Source: Leptolyngbyaceae cyanobacterium (GTDB lineage Bacteria > Cyanobacteriota > Cyanobacteriia > Phormidesmidales > Phormidesmidaceae). Taken from it: DNA of 64,000 bases. Each line of letters starts with the position of its first letter. The first letter of the stretch is position 1. A program made the translations under genes and the position numbers. The notes under the pieces were generated by a model. It had not been told where the DNA came from, did not search any database, and saw nothing but the letters and a program-made list of their open reading frames with translations. Below, piece by piece: positions 63,131-64,000 of the stretch. Where the stretch lies: positions 62,212 to 126,211 of the forward strand of contig JBHJHA010000019.1 of assembly GCA_050331235.1 (NCBI GenBank). Direction: 5' to 3'.

Positions 63131-63566
63131 TTAGACTTTCCGTTCCAACACATCCGTTAGGCGCGTCAAGGTGTCATTGAGCTTTTCTTCCATCGTCGGT
63201 TCTGGAGCTGTCTCTTCTTCCAACTCTTTCCGTCGCTTAGCACGCTCTAATTATCCGAATCAGGATGAATAGAACGAAGGCAATCACTACAAAGTTGATA
63301 ATTGCAGAAAGAAAGAGGCCGTATTTGATACCGTTGATCGACAACGTTGCAATATCGTCGGCGCCAGCGGCTTGTAAAGCTGGATTTAAGATGGCAGGAG
63401 TGATAACGTCATTGACCAGTGAAGTGACAATTGCCTGAAAGGCTCCTCCAATCACTACCGCGATGGCGAGGTCAATGACGTTGCCCCGCATCAAAAAATC
63501 CTTGAAGTCTTGCAAAAAGCCGCCTGCGGAGTTGACTGCTCGGTTACGCGCCCGACGGTTGACCAT
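63131..63566 (-). pseudogene. mscL: large-conductance mechanosensitive channel MscL, with +1 frameshift near 63251; may be an assembly error
   Basis: FKDFLMRGNVIDLAIAVVIG and YGLFLSAIINF motifs. Removing one A (ATA A TTA GAG) restores the C-terminal helix LERAKRRKELEEE...LTRLTDVLERKV* ending at 63131. Confidence 0.9.
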
Positions 63567-63878
63567 GGTGATATTTCCTGATGAGAGCTGATCCAGGCAG
63601 ATAATACCTGATCGCTTCTACAACCTTGCCATGGCTGCACAACACCATGAGCCGTATGAGGGGCAGTCAGTAACTTTTTCCATCTAATATTATTTCTGCG
63701 AATCGCGACTACACATAGATTCTTCAAAGCCCCTGTTTCAAGGGGGCAGCGGCAGCGGGGGATCTTCAAATCTGTAGGGCTATTACAGAGAATTAGCATA
63801 AGTTGGTCCTAGGTACTCGCCTTGCTCGGTGAGCTAGAATATCAGCCAAATTTGAGTGACGATATCCCCTTCAAACGT

Positions 63879-63914
63879 AAAAAGCGCCCCCTCCGCGATG
63901 GAGAGAGCGCTTTT
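63879..63914 (-). terminator. rho-independent terminator of psbA
   Basis: Minus strand GCGCTCTCTCC-ATCGC-GGAGGGGGCGC-TTTTT; G:U pairs work only on the minus-strand RNA. Confidence 0.85.
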
Positions 63915-63950
63915 GCTTAGGCAAACTCAGCGTAGCTGAACTATCGAGGA

Positions 63951-64000
63951 CTAGCCGATGATTTCGGGTGCCTCAGCAGCCGCTAGGTCGAGAGGGAAGT
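63951..64000 (-). CDS. psbA: photosystem II D1 protein, last codons (gene continues beyond the window)
   Basis: Manual translation (N)FPLDLA-AAEAPEIIG*, the D1 C-terminal HNFPLDLA signature, followed by a terminator. Confidence 0.9.
   Translation of the reverse strand, partial: FPLDLAAAEAPEIIG

Larger units (their letters stand above)
1..64000. repeat. HIP1 octamer GCGATCGC dispersed throughout
   Basis: Dozens of copies in coding and non-coding DNA (e.g. 448-455, 521-528), a cyanobacterial hallmark. Confidence 0.95.

Noticed and set aside
1..64000. tRNA, rRNA, CRISPR, transposase, prophage or defence genes
   Set aside because: No cloverleaf/T-loop signatures, repeat-spacer arrays or corresponding protein motifs were seen by eye; a covariance-model scan was not possible.

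Overview
This is a core-chromosome window from a filamentous cyanobacterium. HIP1 (GCGATCGC) is very frequent, cyanobacterial signature genes are present (hfq, sipA, crtD, hpsL, psbA), and the D1 tail suggests a Leptolyngbya/Nodosilinea/Prochlorothrix-type lineage. The window contains the probable replication origin between dnaA and dnaN, with DnaA boxes, DnaA-trios and an AT-rich segment. Housekeeping genes include dapF, murF, purF/Q/S, malQ, lspA, radA, surE and cbiX with a cobalamin riboswitch. There are several channels and transporters, and the 3' end of psbA lies at the right edge. Three otherwise intact genes (codB, a CYP120-like P450, mscL) each carry one frameshifting indel, possibly an assembly error. 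Two real decayed pseudogenes, not seen as single ORFs, are present: a nitrilase-family C-N hydrolase and an internally deleted Na+/glutamate symporter. I found no CRISPR, tRNA, rRNA, intact IS or prophage. The best candidates for uncharacterised systems are an AsnB + DUF1028 (Ntn hydrolase) + symporter-remnant amide module and an orphan circularly permuted ATP-grasp ligase flanked by a small putative wHTH protein and a small DUF2188-like protein. Both are inferences. All family assignments come from motif recognition, not database searches.
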